Of a DNA stretch of 64,000 bases, positions 49,459 to 58,878 are shown in pieces. Position numbers and translations under genes: made by a program. This DNA is from a virus: positions 1 through 64,000 of IMG/VR virus record IMGVR_UViG_3300042356_001708; one strand, written 5' to 3'. The notes under the pieces were generated by a model that was not told the origin of the DNA, searched no databases, and saw only the letters and a program-made list of their open reading frames with translations. Numbering within the stretch: position 1 is the stretch's first letter; every line of letters begins with the position of its first letter.

Positions 49459-51216
49459 TTAATTTTTCAATGTATTAATTGAATTCATTATTTCATACGC
49501 CATATCGGTTTTGTCCATATTATCCCCCATGACTGTTTCAAAGATATTTTTCTTACGAATTAAAATGTCATAAATTATCCCTTCAATTGTATTTTCAAAA
49601 ATTGGGTAATACACTGATACACAATTTTTTTGACCATATCTGTAAGCCCTATCTTCAGCCTGTGAATGGTCTGAAGGTAAAAATGACAAGTCATTCATAA
49701 TTACAGCTTCTCCTGCAGTTAAAGTTAACCCGACACCTGCTGCTTTTATATTACCACAAAAAACCATAACTTTTTCATCTTCTTGGAAATCGTCAACTGC
49801 TTTTTGTCTTGCTGGTTTGGTTGTTGTACCATCTAAATAAACTGCTTTTTTACCAAAATGTTCGTAAATTTTTCTTAATGGTTCAGTGAAATTACTGAAT
49901 ATTATAACTTTTTTACCCTGTTCAATAATGTTTTCGACAATCTCAATTGTGTGAGGAACTTTCTCTTCAGCAATTACTTGTCTAACTTTAGTTAATTTGG
50001 TAAACTGAACAGATACTGAATTTGATTCATTTTGTTTATTATACCAATCATAATATTCTCCCATTAATTCTTCATAAAATCGGGAGTATAGTCTTAAATA
50101 AATTGGAGTAATAATTTTATCGGGTAAATCTAACACGTCAGTTTTCAGTCTTCGTAAAACTTGTTTTGAAATCCTATCTCTCAATTCTTCTAAGTTTGAC
50201 GCTCCTTGAACATTCCAAATCTTTCTTCCTTTACCAACACTAAATTGATATCCTTCACAATAACGGATAACATAGGCCATCCAATTTTGGGCGACGGGAC
50301 TATCAATAATTCTTAAAAGGTTATAGTAATTAATTGGTCGGGAAGTAATTGGTGTCCCCGTTAACAACCATATTTTTTTAACTTTATCAGTTATGTCATT
50401 TATTAATTTAGTTCTTTGTGCCTGAACATTACTTATATAATGTGCTTCGTCAATAATCACCAAATCAAATTTAGATTTAAGAATTTGTGAATTTTCTTTA
50501 TCCTTTGTGTCGTGAAAATTTTTAATGATATCATAATTTGAAATAACAAAATCTGACTCTTCATATTTCTTACCTTCACAAATATAGATTGACCTATCTG
50601 AATAATTTCTAATTTCTCTCTCCCAATTAAGTTTTAAAGATGCGGGACAAATAATCAATATTCTTTTAGCACCACTCTCTAACGCTGCAATAATTGTAGA
50701 TGTGGTTTTACCTAATCCCATATCATCGGCTAAAATAAACTTGTCATAAGCGAGTAGTTTTTCTATTGCCTCTTTTTGGTGAGATAAAGGAGGTCGGTTT
50801 GAATACTTAGAGTAATCAACATTAACCTCATTAACTTTCTGTTCCTTTATGATTGCCACTTTTGGGACCCAAAAATCGTGAGATGTTTCACCACTGAATA
50901 TTTTACCCCAAATATGATAGGATTTATCTTTTTCTACCAATAATTTTTCAACATAAATTTTATCAGGTTCGGAAATAAACGGGTTACTCTCAACTAATTT
51001 TTTGGCAAAATAGTTATCAATTTCAACCCACTTTTTGGCAACTTTAGGTTCTTTATTGTGGAAACTTAGAATATATTCAGCTTGAGCTCTTGTAGGGTAA
51101 AACTTTTTATTAACAGACTGTTGTTGTTTTAACCTAAGAATATAGTTATTCGCTCCTGAATAATTCTGAAGAATTTCAAGCGCTTCAACCTCTTTTATTT
51201 TAATTGAATTTTCTAT
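49459..51216 (-). CDS. SNF2-family (SMARCAL1/HARP-like) helicase; start uncertain
   Basis: LADDMGLGKT, DEAH, LTGTP, GVGLTL, QAEDRAYRYGQ. No in-frame ATG near the start; the ATA at 51216 is proposed. Confidence 0.85.
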   Translation of the reverse strand: MENSIKIKEVEALEILQNYSGANNYILRLKQQQSVNKKFYPTRAQAEYILSFHNKEPKVAKKWVEIDNYFAKKLVESNPFISEPDKIYVEKLLVEKDKSYHIWGKIFSGETSHDFWVPKVAIIKEQKVNEVNVDYSKYSNRPPLSHQKEAIEKLLAYDKFILADDMGLGKTTSTIIAALESGAKRILIICPASLKLNWEREIRNYSDRSIYICEGKKYEESDFVISNYDIIKNFHDTKDKENSQILKSKFDLVIIDEAHYISNVQAQRTKLINDITDKVKKIWLLTGTPITSRPINYYNLLRIIDSPVAQNWMAYVIRYCEGYQFSVGKGRKIWNVQGASNLEELRDRISKQVLRRLKTDVLDLPDKIITPIYLRLYSRFYEELMGEYYDWYNKQNESNSVSVQFTKLTKVRQVIAEEKVPHTIEIVENIIEQGKKVIIFSNFTEPLRKIYEHFGKKAVYLDGTTTKPARQKAVDDFQEDEKVMVFCGNIKAAGVGLTLTAGEAVIMNDLSFLPSDHSQAEDRAYRYGQKNCVSVYYPIFENTIEGIIYDILIRKKNIFETVMGDNMDKTDMAYEIMNSINTLKN

Positions 51217-51276
51217 CTTAAATAGTTTTGATAAAAGATAATACAAAATTGGATATTTATCAATAAGTGTATTACT

Positions 51277-51792
51277 ATGGCTAATAATAAAGTTCCAATA
51301 ACGAGATTAGGTAAATTTTTTGGGGAGTCCGATTTTGATTTAGAATTGGAAATGGGTAAAGAATGGCTTCACGGGGATATGAATTTTACTTGTGTTTTGT
51401 ATAAAGTTGATAGATATAGAACTAATACCGATGATGTTTATGGAGAGACTGTTCAAGATGGAATTAAGTTTCATCCTCCAATTGAATTTAAGGCGTATGT
51501 TAAAATTTTGGGAACTGAGAACAAGTATTTAGGTAACTCTAAGATTGAACAACTTGAGCCAGGAACAATGCAATTAAGTGTATATATTAAAGATTTAGAA
51601 GAAATCGGTGTTGATATTGAATACGGAGATTACATTGGTTATTACGAAAAAGAAAATCGTATTAGATATTACACAGTTTCAAATGATGGAAGGGTTACTT
51701 CAGATAACAAACATAATTATGGAGGTTACAAACCGTATTATAGAACAATAGTATGTGCACCTGTAACTAATAACGAATTTAGAGGACTATAA
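51277..51792 (+). CDS. Head closure/neck protein (gp14-like)
   Basis: DDVYGE motif, size, and position heading the tail operon. Confidence 0.55.
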   Translation: MANNKVPITRLGKFFGESDFDLELEMGKEWLHGDMNFTCVLYKVDRYRTNTDDVYGETVQDGIKFHPPIEFKAYVKILGTENKYLGNSKIEQLEPGTMQLSVYIKDLEEIGVDIEYGDYIGYYEKENRIRYYTVSNDGRVTSDNKHNYGGYKPYYRTIVCAPVTNNEFRGL

Positions 51793-51793
51793 T

Positions 51794-52834
51794 ATGCCAT
51801 TCCCAAAACAAATTAAAAAAAATATTGATTTAATACCAAATAAAGTTGGTTTGGCGAGAAGAAAAGAAATGCTTCAAGAAATTGAACAGGATGGTACATT
51901 CTTACCAAAATCAGTATTACATGCCGATTTAGATAGAGGATTTTTAGATTTCGTTAAAGAAAATTTAGGGTTTAGTGTTGAAGGAAAACAAGTCCCTGTT
52001 GTTGATATAATTGTTACTACACAGAATTGGGCTCAGTTTACACAAACTTGGAAATTCCAAGATTTGGATAAAAATGCCTCACCTCCATTTGTAACTGCAA
52101 TTCGTTCAAATGATATGAAGTATGGCTCAAATCCTTCATTACAATATACGATACCTGTTCGTAGAGAATTTTTTTACGCATATGTCCCAAGTTTTGACGG
52201 GCAAAGAACTACAGTTGACGTTTATCAAATTCCTCAACCAATTCCTGTAGATATCAAATATACTTTAAAATTTATTTGTAATAGGGTTAGGGAAATTAAT
52301 CAATTAAATAAAACTGTACTACAAAATTTTTCTTCAAGACAAGCATATACTCGTGTTAAAGGACACTATATTCCAATTATTTGGGATAATGTTTCCGATG
52401 AGTCAGTTATGGAAATTGAAAAAAGAAAATACTATATAGTTTCTTATGATTTCACTATGTTAGGATTTTTAATTGATGAAGAAGAATTCGTAATTAAACC
52501 AGGTATAACAAGAAATCTACAATTGTTAGAGGCTTCAGGAGGTAGGGCTAGAAGACAACCAAGAAAACCTCCATTTAATACTGATAAATTTTACGAAAAT
52601 ATTTTATTCAATCCAGGAATTACAATATTATCTGATAAATTCAATGAAAAGGTAAATTTAAAATTAATTTCAAGTTACAACATTGCAAACTATGAAATTT
52701 GGATTAATAACCTATACTATGGTTCAAATAGCAATTACATCCAAGTAAATTCGGGAGATTCAGTTAGATTTGAAATTACGAAAAAAGATGATAACTTGGA
52801 ATCTAAATTAGGTTTCCAAAATATCTTAGTTTAA
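51794..52834 (+). CDS. Tail terminator/sheath stabiliser (gp15-like)
   Basis: P.PVDIKY.L, position between the neck and sheath genes. Confidence 0.5.
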   Translation: MPFPKQIKKNIDLIPNKVGLARRKEMLQEIEQDGTFLPKSVLHADLDRGFLDFVKENLGFSVEGKQVPVVDIIVTTQNWAQFTQTWKFQDLDKNASPPFVTAIRSNDMKYGSNPSLQYTIPVRREFFYAYVPSFDGQRTTVDVYQIPQPIPVDIKYTLKFICNRVREINQLNKTVLQNFSSRQAYTRVKGHYIPIIWDNVSDESVMEIEKRKYYIVSYDFTMLGFLIDEEEFVIKPGITRNLQLLEASGGRARRQPRKPPFNTDKFYENILFNPGITILSDKFNEKVNLKLISSYNIANYEIWINNLYYGSNSNYIQVNSGDSVRFEITKKDDNLESKLGFQNILV

Positions 52835-52986
52835 TTTTCTCCGTAAACATCTTTCACTTCTTTACACTCTTTCATAATCAACTCTTCTAAAAATCGGTAT
52901 ACTTTATATCCTTTCTTATCACAATATTTTCTTAGCAGTGAGTGAGATTCCTCAGATATTTTAATGTTCTTGATATTCTTAGACAT
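52831..52986 (-). CDS. 51-aa ribbon-helix-helix-like DNA-binding protein (not in ORF track)
   Basis: MSKNIKNIKISEESHSLLRKYCDKKGYKVYRFLEELIMKECKEVKDVYGEN: alternating beta strand, helix, G turn, helix. Confidence 0.65.
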   Translation of the reverse strand: MSKNIKNIKISEESHSLLRKYCDKKGYKVYRFLEELIMKECKEVKDVYGEN

Positions 52987-52992
52987 AGGTAG

Positions 52993-53016
52993 AAAAAAGG
53001 CAGAATAAAGTCTGCC
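52993..53016 (-). promoter_or_regulatory. Inverted repeat GGCAGA-N6-TCTGCC followed by T6 on the minus strand (operator or terminator)
   Basis: Lies between the RHH gene and its TATTTAT motif. Confidence 0.5.
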
Positions 53017-53104
53017 AATTTATAAATATGTTTAACAAAGTAAAGTTTTTTGAGGAAATTACAAATATTTATATAAAAATAAATTTAAGAAAGAAAAAAA
53101 AGTA

Positions 53105-56100
53105 ATGGCAACAGCAAACAAAGTATTCGTTTCACCTGGTGTTTATACATCAGAAAGGGACTTGAGCTTTGTAACATCAAGCGTGGGTGTTACAACTTTG
53201 GGGTTAGTTGGGGAAGCTACCAAAGGTCCGGCTTTTGAACCAATTTTCATCACAAACTATGATGAATTCCAAACTTATTTTGGTGGAACTACTCCTGAAA
53301 AATTTGTTAATACACAAATTCCAAAGTATGAAATGGCATATATTGCCAAAGCGTATCTACAACAATCAAATCAATTATTCGTAACAAGAGTATTAGGTTT
53401 GTCAGGTTATGATGCGGGACCATCATGGTCAATTAAAACCGTAGCCAATGTTGATTCATCAACTGTTGGTTACACCTATAGTTGCTCAACAACACCAAAT
53501 TTCTCAGTTGACCCAGCAATCTGTGAAACTAATTGTGTGATAACAGGAACGAGTGAAATCTCAGTCGCATTTACAGGATGTAGTAACTTTATTTCACAAT
53601 TATCATTTTTAGACAATTTCCCATCAGATATTGAAGCAAAGTATACAAATACCTACACACAATTTGATGGTGGAACTTCTACTTTACAAGATGATTTAAA
53701 ATCATTTGTCCAAGGAATTTTATCTGATACAACTATGAGCGGTGATTCAATCGCGATTTGGGGTATTATACCTGGAGATGTTTACAACACTTACACAGGT
53801 GCAGGATTTACAAATGTAACTAACGTTATGGGGACTAGTGGAAACTCTTCGTATAACTGTAGTTTTACTTCACCGATTAATGACACATGGTATTATGGAT
53901 TATTTGACCCAACGAGTGGTGAAAATTATTCAGGTTATTCTTTTGTTGTGGTTATTGAGAATTTGGAATTACTTCCAGTTACAACAACAACTACACCATC
54001 ACCAACAGTTACTGTAACGTCAACTTACAATCCTTGTGATGTAACACCGACACCTACACCAACTGTTACTACTACACCAACAACACCTAATGTATGTTAC
54101 TCAGGAACTATTCATGGTTATGTATTTAACATGTCAGGTTTAACTTATTCTGATTATCATGAATTAGTTGTTACAACAATGCGTTCAAGAGGTTTAACAT
54201 TCTACACTGCAGATTCTAACGGACCATCTTATCAAGTAACAGGTTTAACTTCTGTTGGATTAGATTTTAGTGGTAGTTATGCGGCAGTTGAGCAAAACCC
54301 ATTTGCGCCATTTGCAATTACAGGAACAACTATTGATAATACAAACTTTAATTTAAAAGTTAGTTTATCTGAAACTGATGCAACCGCAATTAATAAAGTA
54401 TTAGGTTACGGAAACTTTACAAAACCAAGAACTGAAGTTCCTTTAATGTTAGAAGAAAATTATTCAACATTATTGACTTGGGCGTGGAGAAAAGGTTATA
54501 TCCGTGGTTTAAGTTCTGAATTAGTTGCATTACCTGGATACAGACAAGATTATAACTCAGGAATATCAATCGCTTGGTATCTTGATAGATACCAAAGTCC
54601 ATCATCTCCTTGGGTTGTATCTGAATTACGTGGTAATAATGTTTACAAATTGTTTAGATTTGTATCTATTGCTGATGGTAATTCTGCAAACTTCCAAGTT
54701 AAAATGTCAATTGCGAATATTTCATTTGCAAATGGAACATTTGATGTTATTGTAAGAAATTACTATGATACTGATGAATCACCTGTGGTTTTAGAGAAAT
54801 TTACAAATTGTTCTATGGACCCATCATTAAACAACTATATCGCTAAAAAGATTGGTTCTTCTGATGGTGAGTTTGTATTAAACTCTAAGTACGTAATGGT
54901 TGAGGTTGATATTGACGCTCCTGTAGATGCACTTCCTTGTGGATTTGAAGGTTTCAAATCAAGAGAGTATGCAGGTGCTAAGACAGGTTTCCCAATCTAT
55001 AAAACTAAATATGATTTCCCTGGTGAAGTATTATACAATCCTCCATTCGGTATAACAGATGGTAGTGATGTAGTAATCAGAAGTGGTGGAGATAATGTTA
55101 GAAGAACATACTTGGGTATTTCAGATACAATCGGATATGACGGTGACTATTTCCAATATAAAGGTAAACAAGGACCTCTTGACCCATGTGAAGATACAAC
55201 TGGAGATGAATGGTCATTCGTATCTAAAGGTTTCCACATGGATAGTGGGGCAACCGTAGTTTTAATACCTTCAGGTTATACAACTTCAGGTGAATCAGCA
55301 TTCCAAGTTGGGGCAGGTTCATTTAATTCTGAACCTACCAATAGTTCAAATCCATATTTCAGATTGTTCTCTCGTAAATTCAGTTTATTAGTTCAAGGTG
55401 GTTTTGACGGATGGGATATCTATCGTGAATCAAGAACTAACGGTGACTTATTCCAAGTAGGACAAAGAGGTTTCCTATATGGAGCTTGTGCGACCGCTCG
55501 TTATCCAAACGCATCAGGTGCGGGTATGTTTAAATTAATAACTGTAGGTGATAACACTCAAGATTGGGCGAATACTGACTACTACGCATACTTGTTAGGT
55601 ATTAAGACATTTGCAAATCCTGAAGCTAACAACATTAATGTTTTCGCAACACCTGGTATTGATTGGTTAAACAACTCAAACTTAGTTGAAGAAGCGATTG
55701 AAATGATTGAATTTGACAGAGCTGACTCAATTTACGTATTGACAACCCCTGATATCAACTTGTTTGTCCCAACATTTACAGCGGATGATTTAATCTACCC
55801 TCAAGATGTTGTTGACTCATTAGAAGAGACAGGAATTGACTCTAACTATACAGCGACTTACTACCCTTGGGTATTGACTCGTGATACAGTTAACAATACA
55901 CAAATCTACATCCCACCAACTGCGGAAGTTTGTAGAAACTTAGCGTTAACCGATAACATTGCGTTCCCTTGGTTCGCATCAGCGGGTTACACACGTGGTA
56001 TTGTAAATGCTGTTAAAGCACGTAAGAAGTTAACTCAAGAAGATAGAGATACTCTATACAAAGGAAGAATTAACCCAATCGCAACTTTCTCAGACGTAGG

Positions 56101-56461
56101 AACTGTAATTTGGGGTAACAAAACTCTTCAAGTTAGAGAATCGGCTCTTGACAGATTGAACGTAAGAAGATTATTATTACAAGCTCGTAAGTTGATTTCG
56201 GCAGTCGCAGTTAGATTGTTGTTTGAACAAAACGACGCTAAGGTAAGACAAGATTTCTTAGACGCTGTTAATCCTATCTTAGACTCAATCAGAAGAGACA
56301 GAGGTTTATATGATTTCCGTGTAACTGTTTCATCTTCAGCTGAAGACTTGGACAGAAACCAATTAGTAGGTAAAATCTATGTTAAACCAACTAAATCTTT
56401 AGAGTTCATTGATATTGAATTCTTAATAACTCCAACAGGGGCATCATTTGACAATATCTAA
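53105..56461 (+). CDS. gp18: Contractile tail sheath protein with large insertions
   Basis: FVSPGVYTSERDLS, PWFASAG..RG, LY..RINPI, IWGNKTLQ, LDRLNVRRLL, IYVKPTKSLEFI. Confidence 0.95.
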   Translation: MATANKVFVSPGVYTSERDLSFVTSSVGVTTLGLVGEATKGPAFEPIFITNYDEFQTYFGGTTPEKFVNTQIPKYEMAYIAKAYLQQSNQLFVTRVLGLSGYDAGPSWSIKTVANVDSSTVGYTYSCSTTPNFSVDPAICETNCVITGTSEISVAFTGCSNFISQLSFLDNFPSDIEAKYTNTYTQFDGGTSTLQDDLKSFVQGILSDTTMSGDSIAIWGIIPGDVYNTYTGAGFTNVTNVMGTSGNSSYNCSFTSPINDTWYYGLFDPTSGENYSGYSFVVVIENLELLPVTTTTTPSPTVTVTSTYNPCDVTPTPTPTVTTTPTTPNVCYSGTIHGYVFNMSGLTYSDYHELVVTTMRSRGLTFYTADSNGPSYQVTGLTSVGLDFSGSYAAVEQNPFAPFAITGTTIDNTNFNLKVSLSETDATAINKVLGYGNFTKPRTEVPLMLEENYSTLLTWAWRKGYIRGLSSELVALPGYRQDYNSGISIAWYLDRYQSPSSPWVVSELRGNNVYKLFRFVSIADGNSANFQVKMSIANISFANGTFDVIVRNYYDTDESPVVLEKFTNCSMDPSLNNYIAKKIGSSDGEFVLNSKYVMVEVDIDAPVDALPCGFEGFKSREYAGAKTGFPIYKTKYDFPGEVLYNPPFGITDGSDVVIRSGGDNVRRTYLGISDTIGYDGDYFQYKGKQGPLDPCEDTTGDEWSFVSKGFHMDSGATVVLIPSGYTTSGESAFQVGAGSFNSEPTNSSNPYFRLFSRKFSLLVQGGFDGWDIYRESRTNGDLFQVGQRGFLYGACATARYPNASGAGMFKLITVGDNTQDWANTDYYAYLLGIKTFANPEANNINVFATPGIDWLNNSNLVEEAIEMIEFDRADSIYVLTTPDINLFVPTFTADDLIYPQDVVDSLEETGIDSNYTATYYPWVLTRDTVNNTQIYIPPTAEVCRNLALTDNIAFPWFASAGYTRGIVNAVKARKKLTQEDRDTLYKGRINPIATFSDVGTVIWGNKTLQVRESALDRLNVRRLLLQARKLISAVAVRLLFEQNDAKVRQDFLDAVNPILDSIRRDRGLYDFRVTVSSSAEDLDRNQLVGKIYVKPTKSLEFIDIEFLITPTGASFDNI

Positions 56462-56462
56462 T

Positions 56463-57314
56463 ATGAGATTGAATGATAAAAAATTGAACACCTTAATCCT
56501 CCGATTGCTGAGAGAATCAGCGTCGGAGGACGGTGTCCATAAGTTAAAATATTATGCATTTGATTGGGACGATAACCTTATGTATATGCCAACCGTAATT
56601 TATTTATTGGATGATAAAGGTAATGAAATAGGAATGTCAACCAAAGATTTTGCAAAGTATAGAAGTAAAATTGGTGAAGAACCTTTCCAATACGAGGGTA
56701 AAAAAATTGTTGGATATGCTGAAGACAAATATCGTGATTTTGGAACCGAAGGAGATTCAAAATTTTTAATTGATTCTTTGATTGCACCAGTAGGTCCTGC
56801 TTGGGATGATTTTGTAGAATGTATTAACGGAGGTTCAATTTTTTCAATTATTACCGCTCGTGGACACAATCCTGAAACTCTAAAAGAGGCGTGTTATGAT
56901 TTAATATTGTCTGGTAGAGACGGATTGAATATGAAATCATTAGTAGATAGTTTAAGAAAATATCGTGACCTTTTTGATATGGAGGATATGGAGGATATTG
57001 AATTAATATGGGAGTATTTAGGACTATGTAAATTTCACCCAGTTACTTTCGGACAAGGTTCCGCGGCCAATCCCGAACATCTTAAAAAGATTGCATTTAG
57101 AGATTTTTTAAATTATTGTAGAGAACTGGCTAAAGAATTACATTTAAGAGCCATAATTAAAGACAAAATATCTAATAATTTTATACTAGATTTTCAGTTA
57201 GGAGTATCTGACGATGACCCAAAGAATGTTGAAATGTTTGATACTGAATTTGGAGATGAACCAGGAGTAAAAGTTTATTCTACTCAATCAGGAAATAAAA
57301 GAAAAATTAATTAA
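56463..57314 (+). CDS. HAD-superfamily hydrolase-like protein; start moved to ATG 56463
   Basis: FDWDDNL (motif I), ITARGH (II), K, SDDD.KN (IV); N-terminal leader LILRLLRES. Confidence 0.7.
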   Translation: MRLNDKKLNTLILRLLRESASEDGVHKLKYYAFDWDDNLMYMPTVIYLLDDKGNEIGMSTKDFAKYRSKIGEEPFQYEGKKIVGYAEDKYRDFGTEGDSKFLIDSLIAPVGPAWDDFVECINGGSIFSIITARGHNPETLKEACYDLILSGRDGLNMKSLVDSLRKYRDLFDMEDMEDIELIWEYLGLCKFHPVTFGQGSAANPEHLKKIAFRDFLNYCRELAKELHLRAIIKDKISNNFILDFQLGVSDDDPKNVEMFDTEFGDEPGVKVYSTQSGNKRKIN

Positions 57315-57440
57315 TAAATTATTATTTAATACTGGAACTGGAACTAGTAGAAGTTTAGATTAAAAAAAACAAAAGTAAATAGAAAAAAATGCTAACCGCA
57401 CTATTTATAAGTAATAAAACAAAATTAAAAATATAAAACA

Positions 57441-57929
57441 ATGGCTGATTTACTGATGAAAATGCCGGTTCCTTACGAACCCAAAAGACAAAACAGATTC
57501 ATTTTGAGATTCCCTTCATCTTTAGGGATTAATGAGTGGTTCGTGGAATCAACATCAAGACCAAATATAAAAATTAATTCAACTGAAATTCAATTTTTAA
57601 ATACTTCAACATATGTTGCGGGTAGATTTACTTGGAATGAAATTAATGTTAAGTTCCGTGACCCAATCGGACCTTCTGCGGCTCAAGCTTTAATGGAATG
57701 GGTTCGTTTACATGCTGAATCTGTTACAGGACGTATGGGATACGCAGCTGGATATAAGAAAGATATTGATTTGGAATTGTTAGACCCAACAGGAGTTGTT
57801 GTTGAGAAATGGATTCTACAAGGAACTTTCTTAACAAATGTGAACTTTGATAGTTTGAATTACTCTCAAGACGCTTTGGCAACAATTTCGGCAAGTCTAA
57901 GACCTGACCGTTGTATCTTAGTATACTAA
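57441..57929 (+). CDS. gp19: Tail tube protein (T4 gp19-like)
   Basis: YEPKRQNRF, YVAGR..W..I.V.F.D, YKKDI.LE.LDP.G.VVEKW.L.G.F. Confidence 0.9.
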   Translation: MADLLMKMPVPYEPKRQNRFILRFPSSLGINEWFVESTSRPNIKINSTEIQFLNTSTYVAGRFTWNEINVKFRDPIGPSAAQALMEWVRLHAESVTGRMGYAAGYKKDIDLELLDPTGVVVEKWILQGTFLTNVNFDSLNYSQDALATISASLRPDRCILVY

Positions 57930-57955
57930 AATTTATTATTTATTAATAAAAATTT

Positions 57956-57990
57956 GTTCCATATACTTATGTGTATGGAACTTTTTTTTT
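57956..57990 (+). terminator. Intrinsic terminator after the tail tube gene
   Basis: gttccatatac-ttat-gtgtatggaac (11-bp stem, one G:U) followed by T9. Confidence 0.8.
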
Positions 57991-58088
57991 CAGGTAATAC
58001 CGAATTTGTATGTCCAACTTGTGGTAAAAAATTTGAAACACAAGAAGAATTTGATAATAGACATAACAAAAAAGAGAATAAGGATTGA
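57975..58088 (+). CDS. 37-aa C2H2-zinc-finger-like micro-protein (not in ORF track)
   Basis: MELFFSGNTEFVCPTCGKKFETQEEFDNRHNKKENKD: F.CxxCGKxF...H. Confidence 0.5.
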   Translation: MELFFSGNTEFVCPTCGKKFETQEEFDNRHNKKENKD

Positions 58089-58128
58089 TTTATTTCCTTA
58101 ACTATTTATTTTTTTAAAAAAAAATACT

Positions 58129-58878
58129 ATGGACCAAACATCTCAATATGGACAAATGAATTTTAGTCTACCACATGATGTAGTACCACTACCATCAAAG
58201 GGTAAATTTTATGCAAATAAAAAGAAAAGTTTAAAGATTGGGTATTTAACCGCAGCCGACGAAAACATTTTAATGGGAGGGAGCACCAAAGAAGGATTAA
58301 TGATGACTTTACTAAGAAATAAAATTTATGAACCAGACATCAGACCTGAAGAACTATTAAATGGTGATGTTGAGGCGATTATGGTCTTTCTAAGAAACAC
58401 ATCATTTGGTCCTCAATATAATATTAAAGCGACTGACCCTGAAACAGGAAAACAATTTAGTACTGAATTAATTTTGACTGAGTTATACACTAAAGATACT
58501 CAGGTTGAACCAAATGACGAAGGTTTTTTTGAAACGGTTTTACCAAAATCAGGTTCAAAAGTTCTATTAAGACCTCTTACTGCTGGTGATAGTGCTGAAA
58601 TTGACAGGATTATTGATTCGTACCCAGCTGGTAGAGTTGCTCCAAGACAAACTTTAAGATTGTCAAAAATGATTGTTGAGATTGACGGAATTAGAAATAA
58701 GGAAGAACTTTCAAAATACATTGATAATATGCCAATTATGGATTCAAAACACATAAAGAATTTTATGCTTGAAAATGAACCAAGATTGGATTTAAGACAA
58801 ACAGTTATAGCCCCGTCAGGAAAAGAGGTCGTCGTAGATATTCTCTTTGGGGTTGAGTTTTTTCGTCCTTTCTTCTGA
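58129..58878 (+). CDS. Tail assembly chaperone / T4 gp26-like baseplate hub assembly protein
   Basis: LPSKGKFY, YLTAADENIL, duplicated LP.S module, ends EFFRPFF; lies between tube and tape-measure genes. Confidence 0.65.
   Translation: MDQTSQYGQMNFSLPHDVVPLPSKGKFYANKKKSLKIGYLTAADENILMGGSTKEGLMMTLLRNKIYEPDIRPEELLNGDVEAIMVFLRNTSFGPQYNIKATDPETGKQFSTELILTELYTKDTQVEPNDEGFFETVLPKSGSKVLLRPLTAGDSAEIDRIIDSYPAGRVAPRQTLRLSKMIVEIDGIRNKEELSKYIDNMPIMDSKHIKNFMLENEPRLDLRQTVIAPSGKEVVVDILFGVEFFRPFF

Noticed and set aside
57315-57440. Intergenic gap with actggaactggaact as a possible tRNA or ncRNA
   Set aside because: No cloverleaf or stable stem found; only a short 6-bp duplication. No tRNA or rRNA was recognised anywhere in the window.
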